The notes: generated from the letters alone by a model not told the origin. A stretch of DNA of 29,241 nucleotides from Patescibacteria group bacterium (GCA_030916575.1 JAUPWJ010000036.1:1-29241), one strand, 5' to 3'; positions 17,048 through 25,887 are shown, numbered from the stretch's first letter. Translations and numbers: made by a program.

Positions 17048-17080
17048 AAGCCCTTGGAAGTAATTCCAAGGGCTTTTTTT
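17048..17080 (+). terminator. Intrinsic terminator, likely bidirectional with dnaX
   Basis: 12-bp stem AAGCCCTTGGAA/TTCCAAGGGCTT, GTAA loop, T-run. Confidence 0.9.
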
Positions 17081-18116
17081 ATTCTTTTTCTAGAATTTTT
17101 ACCAAAGCGAGCTCAAGTGGAAGCTCGGGGATGAATGCATTATCTATATTTGCATACGCTTCTAAAAGCACAGCAAGAGATTTTGAACGGAGCATTCCCT
17201 CTTTATCTTCTTTCAATAAACTTTTTAAAAATACTAAATCATCTTCAGATAAATCATTACTCATATCGTCTGCGAGCTTTGGAGCATAACGAAGAATCAT
17301 TGCCATACGAAATTTTAAAATCAATAATTTCATAAACAACTTCATGTCCAAATTCTCCATACTTATATCTCTGACTGTCTTTATCCCCCGCTCCAAGTCC
17401 GCATGAGCTATGGCAGAAAGAATTTCATTTACCAAAGTCGTCTTAGGAGCACCAGTAATTTTCTCAATATCTTCTTTACTTACTTTTTTTCCTTTAGAAA
17501 AATTTAAAACTTTTTGGAGCACTCCAAGTGCATCCCGAAAAGAACCGTCAGCGAGTATCGCAAGGAGTTCACTTGCTCCTTTCTCTAGTTCATAGCCTTC
17601 TGCCTCTGCTACTTCTTCAATTAAAATTTTTGCAATATTTTCAGTCGGCTTTTTAAAATTAAAAACCTGGCAACGAGAAATTATAGTCTCAGGGACTTTA
17701 TGAAGCTCGGTCGTCGCTAGTATAAATATCACATGCTTTGGAGGCTCTTCAAGAGTTTTCAATAACGCACCCCAAGCATCCTTGGAGAGCATATGGACTT
17801 CGTCTATTATGTAAACTTTGTATTTTGAATCAAAAGGCAATACTCGCACACCGTCTCTAAGCTCACGAATATCGTCTATGCCTCGGTTTGATGCGGCGTC
17901 TATCTCATACATGTCATTTACTGACACACCTATTTCTTTCGCAAAAATACGAGCCACAGAAGTCTTACCTGTGCCTCGTGAGCCCACAAAAAGATAAGCA
18001 TGAGAAACATTGCCGTCTTTGACGGATTTCTCGAGTACTGAAACGATATGCTCCTGCCCTTTCACATCATTAAAGGTTGCTGGGCGGTATTTACGATATA
18101 GTGCTAAATCATGCAT
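17079..18116 (-). CDS. dnaX: DNA polymerase III subunit gamma/tau (gamma-length, 345 aa)
   Basis: Motifs LYRKYRP, GSRGTGKTS, EIDAASNRG, IIDEVHML, LLKTLEEPP, SRCQ and GSFRDAL. Confidence 0.96.
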   Translation of the reverse strand: MHDLALYRKYRPATFNDVKGQEHIVSVLEKSVKDGNVSHAYLFVGSRGTGKTSVARIFAKEIGVSVNDMYEIDAASNRGIDDIRELRDGVRVLPFDSKYKVYIIDEVHMLSKDAWGALLKTLEEPPKHVIFILATTELHKVPETIISRCQVFNFKKPTENIAKILIEEVAEAEGYELEKGASELLAILADGSFRDALGVLQKVLNFSKGKKVSKEDIEKITGAPKTTLVNEILSAIAHADLERGIKTVRDISMENLDMKLFMKLLILKFRMAMILRYAPKLADDMSNDLSEDDLVFLKSLLKEDKEGMLRSKSLAVLLEAYANIDNAFIPELPLELALVKILEKE

Positions 18117-18128
18117 AAAAAGAGTATA

Positions 18129-19181
18129 TCAAAATTTCTTTAAAAAATCATTTACTATTTTTTCAACCCCGTCTGCATTTTCGGCCTCCATGAGTTCCAC
18201 ACGGAGCTCTTTTGCACCTTCAAAATTATTCACATAAGCTTTGTAGTGCTTTTTCATAATTGCAAAATTTTTATGTTGACCCAACATTTCTTCAAAAAGT
18301 TTTGTGTGTTCTACCATAACTCGCAATTTCTCTGTAAGTGAAGGAATATTATTTGAAAGGACTTTCGGAGCGCGACGGCGCGAGAAGGAAAAAATTTTTT
18401 CCAAAAAATTATTTGTGCCTTTCAAATGATGTTCCGAACGAGGACTACTGAAAAGCCACGGATTTCCGAATATTGCGCGTCCGAGCATCACCCCATCACA
18501 ATCATATTCTTCACATTTACTTTTTCCATCTTGCATATCCAAAACATCACCATTACCAATTATTAAAGTCTCGGGAGAAATTTCATTTCTAATTTCCACC
18601 ACCCTTTTCATCACATCCCAATGTGCAGGCACAAGAGACATTTCTTTACGAGTTCGCAAGTGCACAGTGAGTGCTGATACACCCTCTTTTAAAATTTCTG
18701 GTATCCATGTTTCAATTTCATTTTTATTATAACCAATACGAGTCTTCACAGAGACAGGTAAACCACCCCCGCCTTCTTTCGCAGCTCTGATTATAGCTCG
18801 CGCAAGCTCAGGATTCTTTATCATACAAGCTCCAGCACCTTGTTTCTCAATACTTTTATCAGGACAACCCATATTAATATCTATACCATCAAAACCAAGC
18901 TCCTTACACAATTTGGAAGCTTCACGAATATTGTCCGGATTGGCTCCAAATATTTGCGCCACTATTGGATGTTCATTTTCACCATACTTCAAATCAATAA
19001 GAAGTTTTTCTCGTGCTTTGGGATGTGCCAAACCATCAGCAGAGACGAATTCAGTCCAAAAAACATCGGGCTTTCCATATTTTGCAATTATCTGTCTAAA
19101 AGCACAGTCAGTGACATCAGCCATTGGGGCTAAAACAAAGAATGGTTTATTTAATTTTTTCCAAAATCCCAAATTAATCAT
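18129..19181 (-). CDS. dus: tRNA-dihydrouridine synthase with an internal insertion of about 30 aa; likely start MINLGFW at 19181
   Basis: Motifs LAPMADVTD, DINMGCP, VSVKTRIG, GNGDV and GRAIFGNPWLF. Confidence 0.93.
   Translation of the reverse strand: MINLGFWKKLNKPFFVLAPMADVTDCAFRQIIAKYGKPDVFWTEFVSADGLAHPKAREKLLIDLKYGENEHPIVAQIFGANPDNIREASKLCKELGFDGIDINMGCPDKSIEKQGAGACMIKNPELARAIIRAAKEGGGGLPVSVKTRIGYNKNEIETWIPEILKEGVSALTVHLRTRKEMSLVPAHWDVMKRVVEIRNEISPETLIIGNGDVLDMQDGKSKCEEYDCDGVMLGRAIFGNPWLFSSPRSEHHLKGTNNFLEKIFSFSRRRAPKVLSNNIPSLTEKLRVMVEHTKLFEEMLGQHKNFAIMKKHYKAYVNNFEGAKELRVELMEAENADGVEKIVNDFLKKF
18347..18446. repeat. Palindromic, structured element inserted in frame in dus
   Basis: 10-bp perfect inverted repeat 18351-60/18418-27; 8-bp inverted repeat with one wobble 18364-71/18431-38; 16-bp perfect palindrome 18387-18402; AGGACT direct repeat at 18358 and 18441. 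Confidence 0.65.
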
Positions 19182-20043
19182 TAAATTTATAAGTAACCCT
19201 ATTGCCAAACCTTAAATCAATGTATTCCAAGGAATCATATTTTTCCTTCAAATTTTTTTGTAGCGGATCAGTAGTGACTCCTGCCTGAAAATTTTCTGCC
19301 ATTTTTATTAAATCAGCATCATTATTTAAAATAATTTTGGGCGCATTGGGTGGCAGTTTACCTCCCGATAAATAAATCTCTATCTCACCATTTTCTTTCA
19401 TAAATATTGAGGATGGATTTATATCTTCACTTGAAATATTTTCTATAAAACCTACGACATCTACGAAATTTTCATTTAAATATTTCGAACCTGCAGGCTC
19501 TGGAGCATCTATGGCTCCAAAAAATTTCAAATAAACATCATTAGAAAAATAAGGTGCTTCATCGAAAATATACCCATTATCATCCATAAAATAACATTTA
19601 TTCTCTTCCGGTTTCATGCCTTCTTCAGGTAGTCCCACACCACACCAAGTATATATGCCTGTACGCTCCCCCACAGTAATTTCTAAAATTCTATTTGCTT
19701 TTATTTTTACTTCAATATCTTTTAACCTTTTATATGTATCTTCTAATTCTATTTTTATTTTATCTTTAGGCAGAAGGATAAAATTGGTTTTAGGTAAAAA
19801 ATACAGATAGTGCCCTGCCATACTTTCATTTACGATTTTTTCAATGTCTTTAGTTTCTATTATTTTATTGCCCTCAACTAGAACACTCTCAATATTTAAT
19901 TTCGGTATTCTAGATATAAAACAAAGTGCAATAAATAAAATGAGTACGCAGACTAAAATAAATATAATTCTATTTCTTATTACCCTCTTCTTTTTTTTCT
20001 TTATTTCTAGAAGGCGCGGAGTATTTAAAATACTTTTTTTCAT
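19174..20043 (-). CDS. ftsQ: FtsQ/DivIB-like cell division protein
   Basis: Basic N-terminus, single TM, POTRA-like region (IESVLVEGN), C-terminal YIDLRFGNRV. Confidence 0.8.
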   Translation of the reverse strand: MKKSILNTPRLLEIKKKKKRVIRNRIIFILVCVLILFIALCFISRIPKLNIESVLVEGNKIIETKDIEKIVNESMAGHYLYFLPKTNFILLPKDKIKIELEDTYKRLKDIEVKIKANRILEITVGERTGIYTWCGVGLPEEGMKPEENKCYFMDDNGYIFDEAPYFSNDVYLKFFGAIDAPEPAGSKYLNENFVDVVGFIENISSEDINPSSIFMKENGEIEIYLSGGKLPPNAPKIILNNDADLIKMAENFQAGVTTDPLQKNLKEKYDSLEYIDLRFGNRVTYKFND

Positions 20044-20055
20044 AGTATTTCACTG

Positions 20056-21321
20056 CTACTTAATGAATTCTTTTCCTCCCATATATTTTCTCAAAACTTC
20101 AGGGATTTTTATAGAGCCATCTTCTTGCTGAAAATTTTCTACCAAAGATGCTGGAAGACGAGATGTGGCACAAGCTGTATTGTTTAATGAATGAGTAAAG
20201 CGCAATTTTCCGTCATCATCTCTATATTTGATACCAAGTCTGCGTGTTTGAAAATCGTGAAAATAAGAAGAAGAGTGAGTCTCTCTGTATTTTTCTTGTG
20301 AAGGCATCCAAGCTTCTATATCATATTTCTTTACTTGCCCTAAGCCCAAGTCTCCTCCGCAGTTTAAAACGACATGATAAGGAATACCGAGCTCTTGCAT
20401 CAAGTGCTCCACATGAGCTGTGATTTCTTCATGCCACTTTACACTCTCTTCATGAGAAGCCTCAGTCAATATGACTTGTTCTATTTTGAAAAATTCATGC
20501 ACTCTTATTATTCCTTTTATATCTTTGCCATGCTTCCCCGCTTCCGCACGAAAACAAGGAGAGAAACTAATATATTTTTTAGGTAAATCTTTTTTATCTA
20601 AAACTTCATTCATATGATATCCCATAGTAGCCACCTCTGCTGTTCCTGCTAGGTATTCATTTTCTCCTACTTTATATAAATCTTCTTCTGATTGAGGAAG
20701 CATGCCTGTGCCTATCAAAGACTCTTTACGCACAAGTGAAGGCACAATCATCGGCGTATAACCTTTTTCAATAAAATAATTCATGAAATAATTCCACAAT
20801 GCAAAAAATAAACTTGCTCCATCATTTTTCATGAAATATCCCCGAAAGCCGGAAACTTTCACTCCGCGTTCAAAATCTACCATGTCTAATGCCTCCATCA
20901 ATTCCACATGACTCTTCGGTGTGAAATTAAAAACTGGTTTTTCTCCCCAAGACCGGACTTCAACATTCTCTTCATCACTTGCTCCCTCTGGTACAGTAAT
21001 GTCTGGAACATTTGGCACATGTATCATTATTTTCTGCCATTCTTCAGTAATACTTTTCAATTTTTCTTCTTTAGTTTTTATATCTTCCTTAACTACACGC
21101 ATTTCTTCAATAAGTTGCATTTTCGCAGAACTCTCTAAATCGCGAGAAATCTGCATTGAGACTTTATTGACCTCCCCACGCAAATCTTCTACTTCTTTTA
21201 AGATACTGAGACGCTCATCATCAAGAGAGATTAATTTATCAATATCAATTTCCACATGCTTTTTGCGAGCCCCAGCCTGCACTATGTCTTTATTTTCCCG
21301 AATAAATTTAATGTCTAACAT
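20056..21321 (-). CDS. serS: Serine--tRNA ligase
   Basis: MLDIKFIREN, N-terminal coiled coil, LAGTAEV, CFRAEAG, RVHEFFKIEQ, YRETHSSS and HSLNNTA. Confidence 0.97.
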   Translation of the reverse strand: MLDIKFIRENKDIVQAGARKKHVEIDIDKLISLDDERLSILKEVEDLRGEVNKVSMQISRDLESSAKMQLIEEMRVVKEDIKTKEEKLKSITEEWQKIMIHVPNVPDITVPEGASDEENVEVRSWGEKPVFNFTPKSHVELMEALDMVDFERGVKVSGFRGYFMKNDGASLFFALWNYFMNYFIEKGYTPMIVPSLVRKESLIGTGMLPQSEEDLYKVGENEYLAGTAEVATMGYHMNEVLDKKDLPKKYISFSPCFRAEAGKHGKDIKGIIRVHEFFKIEQVILTEASHEESVKWHEEITAHVEHLMQELGIPYHVVLNCGGDLGLGQVKKYDIEAWMPSQEKYRETHSSSYFHDFQTRRLGIKYRDDDGKLRFTHSLNNTACATSRLPASLVENFQQEDGSIKIPEVLRKYMGGKEFIK

Positions 21322-21359
21322 ATGTTTGATTATATAATAAAGTTGATATAATGAAAAGT

Positions 21360-22220
21360 ATGAAGATTGAAAAGCTTCCTAAGGAAAAATTTCCTCCGGC
21401 TCTGCTTGAAATTCCTCAGCCACCTGAGAAATTATTTATAATTGGTGAATTACCTCCGCCAAACTTAATTCCTCTTTGTGTTGTTGGTTCTCGTAAATTT
21501 ACCTCTTACGGTAAGGAGTGTTGTGAAAAATTAATCACTGGGTTAAAAGGATATCCTATAGTTATCGTATCTGGTTTAGCACTTGGTATCGACACAATTG
21601 CGCACAGAAAAGCACTTGAAGTGGGATTGAAAACTTTAGTCTTTCCTGGATCAGGACTTTCTATGGAAGCTATTTATCCGAAAACAAATTTAAAATTAGC
21701 ACAAGAAATTATTGAAAAAGGTGGTTGTATAATTTCTGAATTTGAACCAAATTTCAAAGCTACTCTTTGGAGCTTTGGGCAACGTAATAGACTGATGGCG
21801 GGATTATGTAAGGCAACACTAATCATAGAAGCAGACGAAAGGTCAGGCACATTAATTACTGCTAGGCTCACAACAGAATATAATCGTGATTTATTGGTTG
21901 TACCAAATTCAATTTTCGCATCCAATTCAAAAGGCACGAATAAATTACTTAGACAGGGTGCTACACCTATAACTTGTGTAGAAGATTTATTAGAAGCTTT
22001 AGGATTTGAAATTCCAAAAGATGAAGAGCGTCAAGCAAAACTTTTTGCTGATTTGTCACCTGAAGAAAATAAAGTAGTAAAACTTTTACGTGAACCGATG
22101 CCGAGAGATGAACTCATCCGTGCACTTAAAATGCCGACCCCGCAAGCCAATGCACTACTTTCAATTATGGAAATAAAAGAACTCATCAAAGAAGAATTGG
22201 GAGAAATGAGATTGTATTAA
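21360..22220 (+). CDS. dprA: DNA-processing protein DprA; likely start MKIEK at 21360
   Basis: Motifs VVGSRK, VSGLALGIDTIAH, RNRLMAG and SGTLITA; C-terminal winged helix. TGA-TATAAT lies 7 nt upstream. Confidence 0.95.
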   Translation: MKIEKLPKEKFPPALLEIPQPPEKLFIIGELPPPNLIPLCVVGSRKFTSYGKECCEKLITGLKGYPIVIVSGLALGIDTIAHRKALEVGLKTLVFPGSGLSMEAIYPKTNLKLAQEIIEKGGCIISEFEPNFKATLWSFGQRNRLMAGLCKATLIIEADERSGTLITARLTTEYNRDLLVVPNSIFASNSKGTNKLLRQGATPITCVEDLLEALGFEIPKDEERQAKLFADLSPEENKVVKLLREPMPRDELIRALKMPTPQANALLSIMEIKELIKEELGEMRLY

Positions 22221-22224
22221 AAAT

Positions 22225-22257
22225 AAAAAAAACACCCATACTAAAGGTATAAGTGTT
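22225..22257 (-). terminator. Imperfect intrinsic terminator of the orphan lipoprotein
   Basis: AACAC/GTGTT plus ATAC/GTAT stems followed by a U-tract on the minus strand. Confidence 0.6.
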
Positions 22258-22258
22258 C

Positions 22259-22304
22259 TATCGGATTGGATGTTGAGAATTTCTAACCTTCCGATATGGT
22301 TAGA
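22259..22304 (-). other. H-type RNA pseudoknot just after the lipoprotein stop codon
   Basis: Minus strand: TCTAACC-A-TATCGGA-A-GGTTAGA-N16-TCCGATA; two perfect, crossing 7-bp stems. Confidence 0.65.
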
Positions 22305-22306
22305 GA

Positions 22307-22981
22307 TTAATTTTTCTTCGGTTTTACAAGTTTTTGCTTATAATCAACACCACGAATGGTATCAGTCACAAAAATAATAGGTGCCCGAGCCATCTCCGGT
22401 GTAGTTACTCCCTCTATTGTTTTAACAGTAACTGGAGTACCTGGACTTGTAATTGTAATCACTTCATTTGGGTCGTAGAACAATCTACTGCCCTTACCTC
22501 CAAACAAATCCCAAATTTCTTTCTTCTTGGACATTGACCAAGAGTCAATCATCACAGAATCCGGATGATTAAAAAGTGGTGTAAGTAACGGCATCATGGT
22601 TTTATCTTGAACCATGTAAAATAACTGCTTACCGTTAGCAAAAGTAGCTATATAGCCTTTCATCACTACCTCTTTTCCATTTACAAATCCTTTAGTAATA
22701 ATGGTGTCTAAGAAACACGCGGTTTTGTAATCAATAACAAACCTATTAGAACCACTACGGAGATCGATAAGTGTACTGTCTGTGTAAAACGTTCTGCCAT
22801 CAACTAAGTATTGAGACATAGCGCTATCAGTAACAAAAGGTATAAGGTAATTTTGTTCTTTCGGAATTTCTGTGCTGAGATTTTTTTTGCTCGCACAAGA
22901 TTCCAAAAGAAGCATAGCTACCATTGCCCCAATCATAAGGATGGTAAGCAGGAAATTATTCCTGCGTGTTTTATTATTCAT
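22307..22981 (-). CDS. Orphan lipoprotein; likely start MNNKTRR
   Basis: Basic N-region, hydrophobic core and lipobox-like LLESC; inverted between dprA and topA. Confidence 0.75.
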   Translation of the reverse strand: MNNKTRRNNFLLTILMIGAMVAMLLLESCASKKNLSTEIPKEQNYLIPFVTDSAMSQYLVDGRTFYTDSTLIDLRSGSNRFVIDYKTACFLDTIITKGFVNGKEVVMKGYIATFANGKQLFYMVQDKTMMPLLTPLFNHPDSVMIDSWSMSKKKEIWDLFGGKGSRLFYDPNEVITITSPGTPVTVKTIEGVTTPEMARAPIIFVTDTIRGVDYKQKLVKPKKN

Positions 22982-23008
22982 GACAAATAACGAGTTTGGT
23001 GAGTTCAT

Positions 23009-23038
23009 ATTATAGCACATTTATATGCATTTTGTCAA
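23009..23038 (-). promoter_or_regulatory. Consensus sigma70 promoter
   Basis: TTGACA, N18, then TG-extended TATAAT on the minus strand. Confidence 0.8.
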
Positions 23039-23081
23039 TAAAGTTTGCTAAAGTTTTTATTTTCATGTAATACTATGTCTA

Positions 23082-25295
23082 ATGAAATTATTGATTGTGG
23101 AGTCCCCTTCAAAAGCAAAGACTATTGAGAAATATCTCGAAGGTGCTTTTACTGTGCGTGCATCTGTGGGCCACATTCGTGATTTACCTAAGTCCAATAA
23201 AAAAGCAATTGATATTGAAAATGGTTTCAAGCCTTTTTACGAAATTTCAAAAGGCAAAGAAAAAGTCGTGCATGAATTAGAAGGACTTGCAGAAAAAGCA
23301 AAAGAGATACTACTAGCTACAGACCCTGACCGTGAAGGAGAAGCTATTGCTTGGCATATTGAAGAATTATTAAAACAAGACAAAAAAGTAAAAGCTCCAA
23401 TTCAAAGAGTAGCCTTTCATGAAATTACCAAAGAAGCTGTAGAGGAAGCATTAAAGCATCCCAGAAAAATTGATACAGATTTACGTAAAGCTCAAGAAGC
23501 CCGAAGAGTATTAGACCGCCTAGTGGGTTATGATTTATCAGGACTCATTTGGAAAAAAGTTCGCTACGGTCTTTCAGCTGGACGAGTTCAATCCCCTGCA
23601 CTACGTATAATCATGGAGCGCGAAAGAGAAATCCGTGCATTTATTCCAGAAAAATTCTGGCGATTAAAAGGACTTTTTGAAACTCTTAAAAAAGAACAAT
23701 TAACTCTTGAATGTGGAGATGAGCCTCGTGATGAAAAATTAGTAAATAAAATTTTATCTGCTGGAAAAAGTGGTGACTGGATTGTGGACAGTGTTAAGGA
23801 GTCTGAACAAAAAAGAAGTCCGAAGGCTCCTTTTACAACTTCAACATTGCAACAAACAGCGAGCTCAAGACTTGGATATTCTCCTTCTCGCACTATGCAA
23901 TTAGCTCAAAAACTTTACGAATCTGGACATATCACTTACATGCGTACAGATAGTACAAATTTATCTAAAGTAGCTCAAGAACAAATAATTACTCAAATTA
24001 AAAAAGCTTATGGTGATAAATATGTAGAAGCAAGGACGTTTAAAACAAAATCTAAAAATGCTCAAGAGGCTCACGAGGCTATACGCCCGACACATATAGA
24101 GGTAAAGCACGCTGGCACAGAAGAACAACAAAAACTTTACCAGTTAATTTGGGAGCGAACTATCGCTTCTCAAATGTCTGATGCGAAATTACTTAAGACG
24201 AAAGTAAGTGCAGTGATAAAAGGCCATGAGGACTTACCAGCATTTTCTGCAACAGGCTCACGACTCCTTTTCCCTGGATGGCTAGAAGCGGACTTGGGCT
24301 CACGAAGTGAAGATGTAGAATTACCAGAGTGCAAAGAGGGAGAAAAGTTAAAATTATTGGAATTGAATTCTGAAGAGAAATTTACTGAACCACCAGGACG
24401 TTATAGTGAGGCCGGACTTATTAAAGAACTAGAAACCAGAGGCATCGGACGCCCGAGTACTTATGCATCTATCATGCGAACACTTGAAGAGCGCGAATAT
24501 GTCCGTAAAGAAGGCCGAACACTTTTCCCTACTGATGTGGGTGAAGTTGTTTCAGACTTTTTAGAAAAAAACTTTGCAGACTATATATCAGATACTTTTA
24601 CAGCAGATATGGAAGACAAGCTCGATGAAATTTCTAGAGGTGAACGAGAGTACGAAAAAACTTTAAAAGAATTCTATGGGCCATTCTTGAAAGAAGTAAA
24701 GGCTAAAGATAAATTAGAAAAAGCTACAAACTTAGGTGATGCACCTCCAAATATAAAATGTCCAAAATGTGAAGGTAAAATGATGATTAAACTCTCTCGT
24801 GCTGGAAAATTTTATTCTTGTTTAAATTACCCTGACTGCACAGGAGCACTTATGCTAGACGGTACAGAACTACAAGGTCCAAAAGAAATTGGTGAGATGT
24901 GCCCACTTTGTGGTGAAAAGAAAGGAAAGTCTGGCGGAGGTAAGCTCGTCATTCGAGAGCGCCGTGACGGTACAGGGACATTTATATCTTGTTCTCGTTA
25001 CCCAAAATGTAAATTTATAAAAGAAGATGAAGAAGAAAAGAAAAAGAAAATGACTGGCGTCGTCTGCCCTACTTGTCAAAAAGGCGAAATGATGGAACGC
25101 CGTGGAAGATTTGGAATATTTTATTCATGTTCAAACTACCCTGACTGTAAAAATGCTATCAAAGCAAAACCTACTGGCAACATCTGCCCTATGTGCCAAG
25201 CTCTCATGATGGAAGGCACAAAAACTATACCAGAGCGATGTAGCAATAATAAGTGCCCAAACCACCGCCCCGATAAATTGAACAAGATGCAATAA
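23082..25295 (+). CDS. topA: DNA topoisomerase I (type IA) with C-terminal zinc ribbons
   Basis: Motifs IVESPSKAKTI, ATDPDREGE, SAGRVQS, HITYMRTD and GIGRPSTY; repeated CxxC...YSC..YP.C units. Confidence 0.97.
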   Translation: MKLLIVESPSKAKTIEKYLEGAFTVRASVGHIRDLPKSNKKAIDIENGFKPFYEISKGKEKVVHELEGLAEKAKEILLATDPDREGEAIAWHIEELLKQDKKVKAPIQRVAFHEITKEAVEEALKHPRKIDTDLRKAQEARRVLDRLVGYDLSGLIWKKVRYGLSAGRVQSPALRIIMEREREIRAFIPEKFWRLKGLFETLKKEQLTLECGDEPRDEKLVNKILSAGKSGDWIVDSVKESEQKRSPKAPFTTSTLQQTASSRLGYSPSRTMQLAQKLYESGHITYMRTDSTNLSKVAQEQIITQIKKAYGDKYVEARTFKTKSKNAQEAHEAIRPTHIEVKHAGTEEQQKLYQLIWERTIASQMSDAKLLKTKVSAVIKGHEDLPAFSATGSRLLFPGWLEADLGSRSEDVELPECKEGEKLKLLELNSEEKFTEPPGRYSEAGLIKELETRGIGRPSTYASIMRTLEEREYVRKEGRTLFPTDVGEVVSDFLEKNFADYISDTFTADMEDKLDEISRGEREYEKTLKEFYGPFLKEVKAKDKLEKATNLGDAPPNIKCPKCEGKMMIKLSRAGKFYSCLNYPDCTGALMLDGTELQGPKEIGEMCPLCGEKKGKSGGGKLVIRERRDGTGTFISCSRYPKCKFIKEDEEEKKKKMTGVVCPTCQKGEMMERRGRFGIFYSCSNYPDCKNAIKAKPTGNICPMCQALMMEGTKTIPERCSNNKCPNHRPDKLNKMQ

Positions 25296-25334
25296 AAAAA
25301 TCCGTTAACCCTAAGTAAATTTAGAATTAACGGA
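25294..25334 (-). terminator. Terminator-like hairpin between topA and the orphan receiver gene
   Basis: TCCGTTAA/TTAACGGA stem with inner CTAA/TTAG; the A7 tract gives a U-tract on the minus strand. Confidence 0.6.
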
Positions 25335-25358
25335 AGTGAAGTTTTTTCTTTAGAAACT

Positions 25359-25763
25359 TTATTTGTAAGATAATGGCTCAACGGTAAAATCCGTCTTAAT
25401 CTGGTTCACAGCCATAGGTGAGATAAAGATATCTTGCTTATTCAACCACCTTTTTACACCCCATTGAAGAATGGGATCAGTTGGAACTTTGTGTGTCAAC
25501 ATGACCACTTCACCGTTTTTTGATGGTGTATTTAAAACAATCCATACAATACCGGCGACATAATCATATTTAGACATCCTTTCTGTGATATCTTCCATAT
25601 CCATGTCTATGAAGACGATATCAAAGATATTTTCTTTAAGAGCAAGTTCTACGCTCTTAAAGTTATGGGCCGTTTTTACAAAAGCCCCAGAAAAATATTG
25701 CCGGAAACTCAACGGCAAATTCCGACGAACCATATCGTCAGAGTCAATAATGAGAATATTCAT
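25359..25763 (-). CDS. Divergent single-domain receiver (CheY-like) orphan
   Basis: ILIIDSDD, IVFID, VMLT and WLNK fall at the four conserved receiver positions. Confidence 0.7.
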   Translation of the reverse strand: MNILIIDSDDMVRRNLPLSFRQYFSGAFVKTAHNFKSVELALKENIFDIVFIDMDMEDITERMSKYDYVAGIVWIVLNTPSKNGEVVMLTHKVPTDPILQWGVKRWLNKQDIFISPMAVNQIKTDFTVEPLSYK

Positions 25764-25817
25764 AATGGATATTTTTTTAACAAATAGCGAAATACTATTT
25801 GTGACATTTTCAAATAA

Positions 25818-25845
25818 ACATTACCATAAAAATATATTATGTCAA
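25818..25845 (-). promoter_or_regulatory. Sigma70 promoter of the orphan receiver
   Basis: TTGACA, N16, then TG-extended TAATGT. Confidence 0.65.
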
Positions 25846-25887
25846 AAAAAATTTGCATTTCATATTTTAAATAGAGATAATACAAAT

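Noticed and set aside
25585-25887. 101-aa N-terminal extension of RelA/SpoT in the ORF track
   Set aside because: It overlaps the opposite-strand receiver gene and its promoter and has no RSH similarity; the -10 spacing supports 25888.
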